From an uncultured Bacilli bacterium (lineage in GTDB: Bacteria > Bacillota_I > Bacilli_A > RF39 > UBA660), in the NCBI GenBank assembly GCA_964018915.1, contig CAXHRJ010000001.1, forward strand, positions 116,387-180,386: DNA of 64,000 nucleotides, given 5' to 3'. A program made the translations under genes and the position numbers. This document shows, piece after piece, positions 19,980 to 28,186 of this stretch (position 1 is the stretch's first letter; every line of letters begins with the position of its first letter). The notes beneath the pieces are model-generated. The model ran no database searches. It worked only from the letters and a program-made list of their open reading frames with translations, and was not told the origin of the DNA.

Positions 19980-20064
19980 AACTTACAATAACTTTGCTGT
20001 TACTAATACTACTATATCGACTAAAAAGAGTATTAAAACTGTCCAAAATAAAATATTAACCTTC

Positions 20065-20568
20065 TTAGGACCCAGTTTTTTTTACAGTCCATTCAAAGAT
20101 TGGCTGTAATAAGTATAGGAATAATACTCCACCAATTCCAAAGCGAATCGATGGGGATAAGGCTATTCTAGCTTGAAAGTTATATTTATAAACTGCATAA
20201 GTTTGCCAAGGCCATGAACCCATAACCATTTCACATAAATAGGAAGTAACAAGTTCTACAGCAGTCGCTACTAGCATACATAAAAGGAAAACTACAGGGA
20301 TCAATAGTATTTTTCGCAAGAAGGACTTCTTTTTTATCATTACTCCACAATTTCCACAAAAAGCAGAACTATTATTTCTTGGTGTACCACAATAAAATGT
20401 ATACAATGGTAAAAAACATCCAATTATGACAAGTATAACCCTTGCAAGAAATCCCAGATAAAAATTTCTATTTCCTTTTGAAATTTCCAACTGAAATCCT
20501 TGCTTTTGAGTAGGCGTGGAATAATCTGTTGTTCCTATATTCATTTGATTTTGGTTCATAAAATTCAC
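20065..20568 (-). CDS. Membrane protein, 'putative ABC-transporter type IV' (PF06541-like) fold, with a polar N-terminal extension
   Basis: The C-terminal half (ELVTSYLCEMVMGSWPWQTY..NFQARIALSPSIRFGIGGV) resembles that family. The N-terminal half is diverged. Confidence 0.45.
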   Translation of the reverse strand: MNFMNQNQMNIGTTDYSTPTQKQGFQLEISKGNRNFYLGFLARVILVIIGCFLPLYTFYCGTPRNNSSAFCGNCGVMIKKKSFLRKILLIPVVFLLCMLVATAVELVTSYLCEMVMGSWPWQTYAVYKYNFQARIALSPSIRFGIGGVLFLYLLQPIFEWTVKKTGS

Positions 20569-20644
20569 TCCTTTATTATGAGTTCATTGTAACATACTAC
20601 TCTAATTCTATCAGCATTCTCTATAAAAACAATACTATGCTTTA

Positions 20645-20668
20645 CACAAAAAACGAGTTACACTCGTT
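20645..20668 (-). terminator. Intrinsic terminator overlapping the 3' end of the exonuclease gene
   Basis: On the minus strand: aacgagt gta actcgtt followed by TTTTTTG. The stem includes the last codons and the stop. Confidence 0.5.
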
Positions 20669-21254
20669 TATTTAGTAATATTCTTGGAATACGGCCTAAT
20701 TCCTCTAATGTAGTGATGTTCTTTTCATTTAATTTCTTTAGCATTTCATAAAGAATAAGACTTGTTCCCTCTGAATCATAATCTGCCCTATGATGCTTGT
20801 TTTCATCCCAAGTAATTTTATAACGTTCCATTAATACTGTTAGATTATGGTATCTTTCACTTGGTTCTAAATATCTAGATAAACCTAGTGTATCAATAAC
20901 ATTAAAATTAAAAGAGCCTAAATTGTATTTAAAATATGCCATTTTTATAAATGATAAATCGAATTTAGCATTATGAGCAACTAAAATATCGTTTCCAACC
21001 CATGAAATAAATTTTTTGACAACATCTTCCTCTAAAGGTTTACCAACTAACATATCATCAGTGATATTTGTGATTCTAATAATTTCATCACTCAATTTGA
21101 TACCTGGATTAATTAACTCATCAAATCTATCTACGATTTCATTATTTTTTACTCTCACAGCACCTATCTCTATAATAGAATTTCCATCTTTAGGATCTAA
21201 ACCAGTTGTTTCTAAATCAAATACAACATAAGTTTCTTCTAATAATTTATTCAT
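20658..21254 (-). CDS. DEDDh 3'-5' exonuclease (DnaQ / PolC-exonuclease-like)
   Basis: ExoI VVFDLETTGL, ExoII VAHNAKFDLSF, ExoIII HRADYD. Confidence 0.85.
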   Translation of the reverse strand: MNKLLEETYVVFDLETTGLDPKDGNSIIEIGAVRVKNNEIVDRFDELINPGIKLSDEIIRITNITDDMLVGKPLEEDVVKKFISWVGNDILVAHNAKFDLSFIKMAYFKYNLGSFNFNVIDTLGLSRYLEPSERYHNLTVLMERYKITWDENKHHRADYDSEGTSLILYEMLKKLNEKNITTLEELGRIPRILLNKRV

Positions 21255-21270
21255 ACATCCTCCTAAAACA

Positions 21271-21448
21271 AAAAAATGCCAAAAGGTAGGCGTCCACTAA
21301 CGAATAAAACCTGTTCTACCAGGTGGGTGTCTTGCATTAGGCTTTAGGATTCTCCAATAAATTGAAGTTTTCAACACCACCTAAACACGCTGACTCCCAA
21401 TACGTTAATTAGTAGGTTTTTCAAAAAAGACAAACCATACCTTCTAGC
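21271..21448 (-). ncRNA. Candidate small RNA of about 178 nt with 6S-RNA-like rod architecture (ends approximate)
   Basis: Own promoter (see next feature) and no ORF. The 5' and 3' arms pair in register: aaggta/tacctt, acta..acg/cgttagt, aggtggtgt/acacc(c)acct. A roughly 20/18-nt internal bubble lies between the helices. A T7 run ends the element. Confidence 0.4.
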
Positions 21449-21454
21449 AATTTA

Positions 21455-21484
21455 ACTATATCATTTTTAGAATATTCTTGTCAA
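21455..21484 (-). promoter_or_regulatory. Sigma-A-type promoter for the sRNA candidate
   Basis: On the minus strand: TTGACA (21484-21479), 18-nt spacer ending in TGA (extended -10), TATAGT (21460-21455). Confidence 0.5.
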
Positions 21485-21519
21485 CTAGGCAGCGAAAAAT
21501 TAATAAATTTTAATAACAA

Positions 21520-21897
21520 TTATTTTTGTCTAACCGCTTCCATTTGTTGACTTCTCCTATCCATTATGGCATCCATTTCTTCTGGGGTAAATGTAACTCC
21601 TACATTTTGGCTCTCCCTTGCAACAGCGTTCAATAACATAAATAATTCTGCTTGATCTATATTGCTAGGAAGAAGTGACTCTATATCTGATAAATTCTTA
21701 CTAGCAATAGCATAATGTGTTTGAAAGTATCCGTCAAAACTATCAAATACTCCTGCTGGTAAGGTAATACCATTAAAACAAATACTAGAGCGAGAGTCTG
21801 CTACTCCTAATGTTTGAAGTGCTTTCAATTGAGTAAAAGTAGTCTGTACATCTCCACCTGGAAGAACTCTAAAGTCTATTGCATGATTCCTATTCAT
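21520..21897 (-). CDS. Hypothetical protein (125 aa), last gene of the SPFH/zinc-ribbon cluster
   Basis: ORF with an AGGTGG SD 8 nt upstream of the ATG at 21897. No recognisable motif. GC looks higher than surrounding intergenic DNA. Confidence 0.5.
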   Translation of the reverse strand: MNRNHAIDFRVLPGGDVQTTFTQLKALQTLGVADSRSSICFNGITLPAGVFDSFDGYFQTHYAIASKNLSDIESLLPSNIDQAELFMLLNAVARESQNVGVTFTPEEMDAIMDRRSQQMEAVRQK

Positions 21898-21970
21898 TAT
21901 ACTCACCACCTATCGTAAATTCATTATATCATAAAAAGACAATATATTATATATTATCTTTTCACTTTTC

Positions 21971-23302
21971 TTATTCAGCAGCAGTTCCACATTCTACACA
22001 GAACTTTGCACCTTCTGCAAGAGCTGCACCACAATTAGCACATTTCTTTTCTTCTGGCTGTGTAGCTTCTTCCACTACACTTTCAGTAGCTACAGCAGTT
22101 CCACATTCTACACAGAACTTTGCTCCTTCTGCAAGAGTTGCACCGCAATTAGCGCATTTCTTTTCTTCTACTGGAGTTGGCTCTACAGCTTCTACTCCAC
22201 AATCAGAACAGAATTTTCCTGTAACAGCTTTTCCACATTGTGGACAAACTTTTCCAGTTGCTGGTGCAGTATTTGTCTCTGGTGTTGCAGTTGCTGCATA
22301 TGGATCATAACTTTGTGTAGCAGCTCCTTGGTTAGGTGCAAAAGCATTTTGCATTACTCCTGTACCCATTCCACCAGATGCCATATTCATCATTCCAATA
22401 CCCATGAATCCGTTAGCTGCACCATTAGCATTTCCAGCCGCTGTTTCCATAACATTAAGAACTCTTCCTTGTTGCATCATTGAATTAGAATTGTGTTCAT
22501 ATTCATCAATCTTCTTCTCTGATTCCTCATCTAATGTTACAGATTCTACAACGAATCCAACTAATTTAATTCCTCTATTACGAATTGGTTCATCGAATAC
22601 TTTCTCATCCATAATAGTTTTAATTTCATCAGTATTACTTGGTAACTCAAGAACTGGTACTTTATGATTACTGTTTCCTAATTCATTTAAAATATTTTGG
22701 AAAGCAGCAATAACCTCAGATGACATTTGGTCAATCAAAGTATCTTTCTTTACCACATCAGCAGTACCTGCAAATGCTCTCATAAATACAGATGGTTCAA
22801 AAATTTGGAAAGTATATTTTCCATAACATCTTACTTTCACTCTTAAAGGATTCAAAGATCCAGTCATTTGATTTGGAATAGCATGAGACCAATCTTGGAA
22901 AGGAATTGGAGAAGCTGTACCAAATTTATTATCCATAATTTCTTTTACATTGAAATAGAATACTGCTTGTTCTTTAGCAGGTGTTCCATTATATGTAAAT
23001 CTTTGCCACATTTCTTTGAATACAGCACCAAATTGTCCACCAAAGAACGATGGAGATGATGATGCATCAAAAGTATAAGTTCCTTCCTCTGCTGTAGCAT
23101 CTACTACTGCTCCTGAATCATAGATTACAGCAACTTGGCCAGGTGCTACTATAATATTACTTCCTTTTGAAATTTGACCACTTGGTGTAGTCTTTTTTAC
23201 CATTAATGTGTCAGAGTCCATGTCGTCACATTTAATCAGGTCTTGCCATTGATCGCCTAATGTGCTTCCGACAGCTCCAACTGCGGCTTTAATTAAACCC
23301 AT
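21971..23302 (-). CDS. SPFH-domain protein of the YdjI ('virion core protein-like', COG4260) type with three C-terminal zinc ribbons
   Basis: N-terminus MGLIKAAVGAVGSTLGDQWQDLIKCD is typical of YdjI-like proteins. C-terminal ribbons: CPQCGKAVTGKFCSDCG, CANCGATLAEGAKFCVECG, CANCGAALAEGAKFCVECG. Confidence 0.7.
   Translation of the reverse strand: MGLIKAAVGAVGSTLGDQWQDLIKCDDMDSDTLMVKKTTPSGQISKGSNIIVAPGQVAVIYDSGAVVDATAEEGTYTFDASSSPSFFGGQFGAVFKEMWQRFTYNGTPAKEQAVFYFNVKEIMDNKFGTASPIPFQDWSHAIPNQMTGSLNPLRVKVRCYGKYTFQIFEPSVFMRAFAGTADVVKKDTLIDQMSSEVIAAFQNILNELGNSNHKVPVLELPSNTDEIKTIMDEKVFDEPIRNRGIKLVGFVVESVTLDEESEKKIDEYEHNSNSMMQQGRVLNVMETAAGNANGAANGFMGIGMMNMASGGMGTGVMQNAFAPNQGAATQSYDPYAATATPETNTAPATGKVCPQCGKAVTGKFCSDCGVEAVEPTPVEEKKCANCGATLAEGAKFCVECGTAVATESVVEEATQPEEKKCANCGAALAEGAKFCVECGTAAE
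21979..22169. repeat. Tandem in-frame duplication (114-nt period, 77-nt core copies at 21979-22055 and 22093-22169)
   Basis: The two 77-nt cores differ at about 5 positions. They encode the duplicated EKKCANCGA.LAEGAKFCVECGTA zinc ribbon. Confidence 0.9.
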
Positions 23303-23318
23303 TCTAATACCTTCTTTC

Positions 23319-24074
23319 TTAAAATTCTACATAGGAACTGCATTCCCATGATTTTAAATTAACTTCCTTCACCGTAGTTCCACAGTAATCGCAATATTTG
23401 TGGCCTAATGCTTTAATTGCTGCTCCACAGTTTGGGCAATTAATTGCTAAAACTTTTGCAGATTTATCTACCTTTGCTTCATCATATACATATATGAATT
23501 TACACTGGTATCTTGTCTGCTTCTTATATTTCGTAAAGTCGCTTAGGACTTTTTCAACTTTTTTCTTTTGATAATAATATTCTAATGAAACAGAAACTGT
23601 AATAGTTGCCATTCCATTTTTCTTTTCATATTGATAAATTGCAAATTTATGAAAATGAATATCATCATATCTTTCTGATATATTAGATGTTGCATAGTCT
23701 TCAATCACTTTTTGAACATTTCCATACAAAAGTGGCAAAGAAGAGACTTCTTCTATATCCTTATTTTCTATCGCACTAAAAACTTTCCTCAATGCTTTTT
23801 CTGTTTTATTATAAAGTTCTTGTTCATTAAAATCTGGAAAATCTTTACGAATATTCGGCAGAAGCAAAGAAGTCATTCCAGATATGCTACGGGCTCTCGT
23901 ACTATCTTCCTCACGTATCCTAGCTACTTCCTCTGCCATATCGCTAAATGAATTGGCTTTAAAGCCCATTTTTTTCATCATTAACTTAACTCTTCCATAA
24001 AGAATAAGAGCAATGATACCAAGAAATAAAACAACCCCTAATATAACTCCTAATATAATCGCTAATATATGCAT
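23319..24074 (-). CDS. Single-pass membrane protein with a Tim44-like domain and a C-terminal zinc ribbon
   Basis: N-terminal TM helix ILAIILGVILGVVLFLGIIALIL. The central region resembles the Tim44-like/SnoaL fold (by eye). C-terminal ribbon CPNCGAAIKALGHKYCDYCG. Confidence 0.55.
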   Translation of the reverse strand: MHILAIILGVILGVVLFLGIIALILYGRVKLMMKKMGFKANSFSDMAEEVARIREEDSTRARSISGMTSLLLPNIRKDFPDFNEQELYNKTEKALRKVFSAIENKDIEEVSSLPLLYGNVQKVIEDYATSNISERYDDIHFHKFAIYQYEKKNGMATITVSVSLEYYYQKKKVEKVLSDFTKYKKQTRYQCKFIYVYDEAKVDKSAKVLAINCPNCGAAIKALGHKYCDYCGTTVKEVNLKSWECSSYVEF

Positions 24075-24088
24075 GTTTTATTTCCTTC

Positions 24089-26095
24089 CTAAAACTTAAA
24101 TCCACACATAATACAAATTGGACATTCTGGTTTTAGTTTCACACCACATACTGGACAAATCTTCTCAGCTGGTGGAAGATTACTTTCCACTGGTCTAAGT
24201 AATGAGCCACCTGTAGAATTTGCCTGAAAGATTGCAATTGGCTCTGCTGGTTGCTGTGGCGTATACATTTGACCAGAAGGAATCGCATTCATAGGAGGAT
24301 TCCCATAATTCATGTTTGGCTGTAGACTTGGGGCCATATTCATAGGTTGTGGCACTGGTGTCTGTGGTGTATTTACTACTGGAGCCCCCATAAAAATATT
24401 AGTTGGTGGAACCATACCACTAGATTGACTAAACGTATTACTAGTTGGATTACTTGGAACAACATCTGTAAAAAACGTCTGACGAATTCCCATTGCTTCT
24501 GCCCTAGTCATTGTTGGATTTACTTGCGGAATCGGTTGCAATGGTACTGGAACAATTTCTGGTTCTATAGGTTTTGGCTCTGGTTCTGGAGATTTTCCAG
24601 GAGCCTTAGTTAGAACCCCAACTGGAAGTTGACTTGGCTCAGCAATGTTCATACTGACAATTTGATCAACTCTTGTTCCACTTTCTACTACTTCTTGTTG
24701 CCTTAATCCTTGCATAGCAAATTCAGAAATGTTTACTTCTGGAACTTCTACTGCATCCACTGTTTCTGCCGCTGGTAAAGTTATCTCTGGAATGTTTGCC
24801 AAAGATGGTAAACTACCTTCCCCAAAAGGATTTGCTGCTTGTATTGGTAAGCTTTCTTTTTCTTCTACTGAAATAGCAGGTTGTTGTGAATTAACTACAG
24901 AAGTTTTCTCCGTTTCGATGGATGGCTGTGGTAATATAGGTGAAATCACTGGTGGGGCTAATGGATTTATTTCCTGAATACTAACCTCATCACTTCCTAC
25001 ATTCAAATTCTCAGATGGTAAATTTGGTATTTCTATCTTCTCTTCCTCCACAGAAAGCTGATTTTCTAAGTTAGAAGTTGTGTCTTTCTTTTGCTTTTGA
25101 AAATCATATCTTCTATTTATTGGAATAGGTCCAAGTCCCTCTGTAATAGGTTCAGCTGCTTCTAATACCACATCGTGAATAACGATTGTTGGTTCTTCTT
25201 CAATAGGTTCTTCCTCAACAATTTCGTCTACTGTCTCTTCCTTTATTTCCTCAACTGGTTCTAAAAGTAAACTTTCCTTTGGCGAAGTTTCTAAAGAGGC
25301 ATTTAAAGTATCATAATCTATAGAAGACTCTTCTTTAGAAGTTACCTGTTCCTCTGGTTCTGGTTCAGCAGAAGTTTCCACTACAGGTTCCAACTTAGGT
25401 TCCTCTGCTACATTATTTTTATATAAACTATTGTAATCAAAAGTTAAATCGTCAGCTGTTGGTAATACCCTATTCAAATCCTCCACTTCATTATTAGATG
25501 GTCCAATATCTAAATCTTTCAGATTCTTTTTAGGCTTTTCTTCTACTTTAGAAATAGATGTTTCTCTAATAACAGTAGGAGGAGCAATTTTATCCATAAC
25601 TCCCATATCCATTAAGGACATTGCTGATAGACTCGTATCAACAGTTGATACTTCAACTGCATCTAAAGAAAAACCTTTTGGTAATTCTACAGGCTCTAAT
25701 TCATAATCGCCCACTCCATCTATATCAATATAACAAAGCGCTAATAACGGAATAAATATTGGAGGTAACAAGCAAAGACCTAACTTCATAAATATTCCTT
25801 TACGACAATAATTTCCGAGTTTCCATCCTATAATAATCATCATAACTGGAATACCAACTAAATTTACAAAAGGGATTAACATAACAAATATCATCCATAC
25901 TGGGATTCCTAGTGTATCTATTAATGTCATTATATTATAAATAGGAATTAGACCTTTCCATGCCTTGACTCTTATTTTATAGAAGATAATAGTTAATGAT
26001 AAAAACATAGTAGCTATAAATATAGCCAAAACAATAATAGCAAAGGTGGTATTGTTCTTTATTAGTTCTAAAAATAGATTAAAAGTCTCACCCAT
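24089..26095 (-). CDS. Multi-pass membrane protein (DUF5684-like N-terminus) with an approximately 450-aa P/E/V-rich low-complexity region and a C-terminal zinc ribbon
   Basis: N-terminal motif WKGLIPIYNIMTLIDTLGIPVWMIFVMLIPFVNLVG. Long PEPEPKPIEPEIVPVPLQPIPQ-type low complexity. Final ribbon CPVCGVKLKPECPICIMCG. Confidence 0.55.
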   Translation of the reverse strand: MGETFNLFLELIKNNTTFAIIVLAIFIATMFLSLTIIFYKIRVKAWKGLIPIYNIMTLIDTLGIPVWMIFVMLIPFVNLVGIPVMMIIIGWKLGNYCRKGIFMKLGLCLLPPIFIPLLALCYIDIDGVGDYELEPVELPKGFSLDAVEVSTVDTSLSAMSLMDMGVMDKIAPPTVIRETSISKVEEKPKKNLKDLDIGPSNNEVEDLNRVLPTADDLTFDYNSLYKNNVAEEPKLEPVVETSAEPEPEEQVTSKEESSIDYDTLNASLETSPKESLLLEPVEEIKEETVDEIVEEEPIEEEPTIVIHDVVLEAAEPITEGLGPIPINRRYDFQKQKKDTTSNLENQLSVEEEKIEIPNLPSENLNVGSDEVSIQEINPLAPPVISPILPQPSIETEKTSVVNSQQPAISVEEKESLPIQAANPFGEGSLPSLANIPEITLPAAETVDAVEVPEVNISEFAMQGLRQQEVVESGTRVDQIVSMNIAEPSQLPVGVLTKAPGKSPEPEPKPIEPEIVPVPLQPIPQVNPTMTRAEAMGIRQTFFTDVVPSNPTSNTFSQSSGMVPPTNIFMGAPVVNTPQTPVPQPMNMAPSLQPNMNYGNPPMNAIPSGQMYTPQQPAEPIAIFQANSTGGSLLRPVESNLPPAEKICPVCGVKLKPECPICIMCGFKF

Positions 26096-26129
26096 ACAAT
26101 CTTCCTTCCTATTCTTTTACACTATTAAT

Positions 26130-26158
26130 AGTTTATCATAAATCGACTTCAAGTTCAA
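26130..26158 (-). promoter_or_regulatory. Possible sigma-A promoter for the zinc-ribbon/SPFH operon
   Basis: On the minus strand: TTGAAC (26158-26153), 17-nt spacer ending in TGA, TAAACT (26135-26130). Confidence 0.35.
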
Positions 26159-26171
26159 TAAAATTTCAAAG

Positions 26172-26202
26172 AAAAAAGTATTGATTATATGCAATACTTT
26201 TT
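26172..26202 (-). terminator. Intrinsic terminator after aspS
   Basis: On the minus strand: aaagtattg catataat caatacttt followed by TTTCTTT, immediately after the aspS TAG stop. Confidence 0.6.
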
Positions 26203-26209
26203 CTATCAT

Positions 26210-27952
26210 CTATTTTTTCAAAGAAATATGTAATTCTTCTAATTGCTTTTCAGCAACAATATTTGGTGCTTCACTCATCAAACAAGAGGCACTTGCAGTT
26301 TTAGGAAACGCAATAACATCTCTAATATTTTCTGTTTCAGCTAAAAGCATAGTTAAACGGTCCAATCCAAAAGCCAAACCACCATGTGGAGGAGTTCCAT
26401 ATTTTAAAGCATCTACAAAGAATCCAAACTTTTCTTTAATTTCTTCGTCCTTTAATCCTAATGCCTCAAACATCTTATTCTGTACTTCTTGATTATGAAT
26501 ACGAATAGAACCTCCACCAGCTTCATAACCATTGATAACAATGTCATAAGCTTTTGAATAGCAATTTCCCGGATCACTAATTAATTTATTTACATCCTCG
26601 TCCTTTGGAGAAGTAAATGGGTGATGGCAAGCTACAAACCTACCTTCTTCTTCACTATATTCAAATGAAGGGAAATCTACTACCCATAACATTTCATATT
26701 TCGTTTTATCAATTAGTTCTAAATCTCTACCTAATTTTAGACGTAAGGCACCAAGACTTGTCTTTACAATCTCTTTCTTACCAGAAATAATAAATACCAT
26801 ATCATTCTTTTCTAGCTGCAAAGCACTAATGATTTCAGACTTTTCTTTATCACTTAACAATTTAGCAATACTTCCAGTCATTTCTTCTTCAAGTTTTAAG
26901 TATGCCAAACCACCAGCACGATAAGTTTTTACATAATCTGTCAATTTATCTATTTCTTTACGAGAATATTTATCAGCACAATTTTTAGCCACTATTGCAT
27001 TAATCATTCCATTTTCTTCTAATACCGCTTTTAAGAAAGCAATTTCGGTATTAGTAAATATAGAGCTGATTTCTTCTATTGGCATATCAAATCTTAAATC
27101 TGGCTTATCTGATCCATATAAATTGATAGCATCTGTATATTTCATTCTTCTAAGAGGAAGTGACACCTCTATTCCTTTTGCTTCCTTAAAAACAGAAGCT
27201 ACTAAACGTTCTGCTACATCCATAACATCGTCTTCTTCGACAAAACTCATTTCTATATCTATCTGTGTAAATTCTGGTTGTCTATCAGCCCTTAAATCCT
27301 CATCACGGAAACATTTGGCAATTTGAAAATACTTTTCCATTCCACCTACCATTAACAACTGTTTAAATATTTGTGGAGATTGTGGCAAAGCATAAAACTT
27401 TCCATCATTCACACGTGAAGGCACAAGGTAGTCACGTGCTCCTTCTGGAGTAGATTTGCAAAGAATTGGTGTTTCAATTTCTAAGAATCCTTCCTTATCT
27501 AAAAAGTTTCTAGTAGCAAGAGCGATTTTATGACGTAATCTCATAATTTCTTGCAATCTAGTTCTTCTTAAATCTAGATATCTATACTTTAATCTAGTAT
27601 CCTCTAAAGCAGTAGTATCCTCGCTAACTTCAAATGGTAATTCTAAAGAAGTATTTAAAATAGTTAGTCCTTCTACTTGTACTTCAATTTCTCCCGTTGC
27701 TAACTTATCATTCTTGCTCTCTCTTTCTAAAACGGTTCCTTCTACTTTTAAAACATATTCATTTCTTACTGTTTCTGCCATTTCATAAACAGCATCTTCT
27801 GGACGAACTACTAATTGAACAATTCCACTACGGTCTCTTAAATCAATAAAAAGTAATCCCCCTAAATTTCTTTTTTTTGCTACCCATCCATAAAGTTCTA
27901 CTGTTTCTCCTACATTCTTCTTGGATAATGTCACATTTTGAATCTTTTTCAT
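26210..27952 (-). CDS. aspS: Aspartate--tRNA ligase
   Basis: 580 aa. OB-fold N-terminus (LYGWVAKKRNLGGLLFIDLRDRSG), class II motifs (FRDEDLRADRQPEFTQID, GGGSIRIH, GLAFGLDRL). Confidence 0.95.
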   Translation of the reverse strand: MKKIQNVTLSKKNVGETVELYGWVAKKRNLGGLLFIDLRDRSGIVQLVVRPEDAVYEMAETVRNEYVLKVEGTVLERESKNDKLATGEIEVQVEGLTILNTSLELPFEVSEDTTALEDTRLKYRYLDLRRTRLQEIMRLRHKIALATRNFLDKEGFLEIETPILCKSTPEGARDYLVPSRVNDGKFYALPQSPQIFKQLLMVGGMEKYFQIAKCFRDEDLRADRQPEFTQIDIEMSFVEEDDVMDVAERLVASVFKEAKGIEVSLPLRRMKYTDAINLYGSDKPDLRFDMPIEEISSIFTNTEIAFLKAVLEENGMINAIVAKNCADKYSRKEIDKLTDYVKTYRAGGLAYLKLEEEMTGSIAKLLSDKEKSEIISALQLEKNDMVFIISGKKEIVKTSLGALRLKLGRDLELIDKTKYEMLWVVDFPSFEYSEEEGRFVACHHPFTSPKDEDVNKLISDPGNCYSKAYDIVINGYEAGGGSIRIHNQEVQNKMFEALGLKDEEIKEKFGFFVDALKYGTPPHGGLAFGLDRLTMLLAETENIRDVIAFPKTASASCLMSEAPNIVAEKQLEELHISLKK

Positions 27953-27970
27953 AATACCCTCCTAACAAAT

Positions 27971-28140
27971 AAAAAAATCCTATAAAGATAGGGACGAATA
28001 CTCGCGGTGCCACCCTACTTCATAGAATTTCTATGCTCTTTCATTTCTTTAACGCAGAATTACGGTTATTTAACGTTTGGTGTCTTCTAATTCACTATAA
28101 ACTGATTTTCACCAACCATCAGCTCTCTACATTACAGGAA
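27971..28140 (-). promoter_or_regulatory. T-box riboswitch leader with an Asp (GAC) specifier, controlling aspS
   Basis: On the minus strand: AGAGAGC...GGTGAAA stem I elements (about 28128-28100). Candidate specifier GAC followed by A (forward gtc 28082-28084). T-box sequence GTAGGGTGGCACCGCGAG (about 28019-28002). Terminator tccctat cttt ataggat plus T7 (27994-27971). Confidence 0.8.
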
Positions 28141-28186
28141 AAATTATACTCCTCCAAACAAATAATACATACATTTTAATCCTTTT

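Noticed and set aside
21879-22310. 143-aa plus-strand ORF with an internal repeat (AVPHSTQNFAPSAR.APQLAHFFSS twice)
   Set aside because: It is the antisense mirror of the duplicated zinc-ribbon coding repeat in the minus-strand SPFH gene. It has no SD, and the minus-strand frame carries clear protein motifs.
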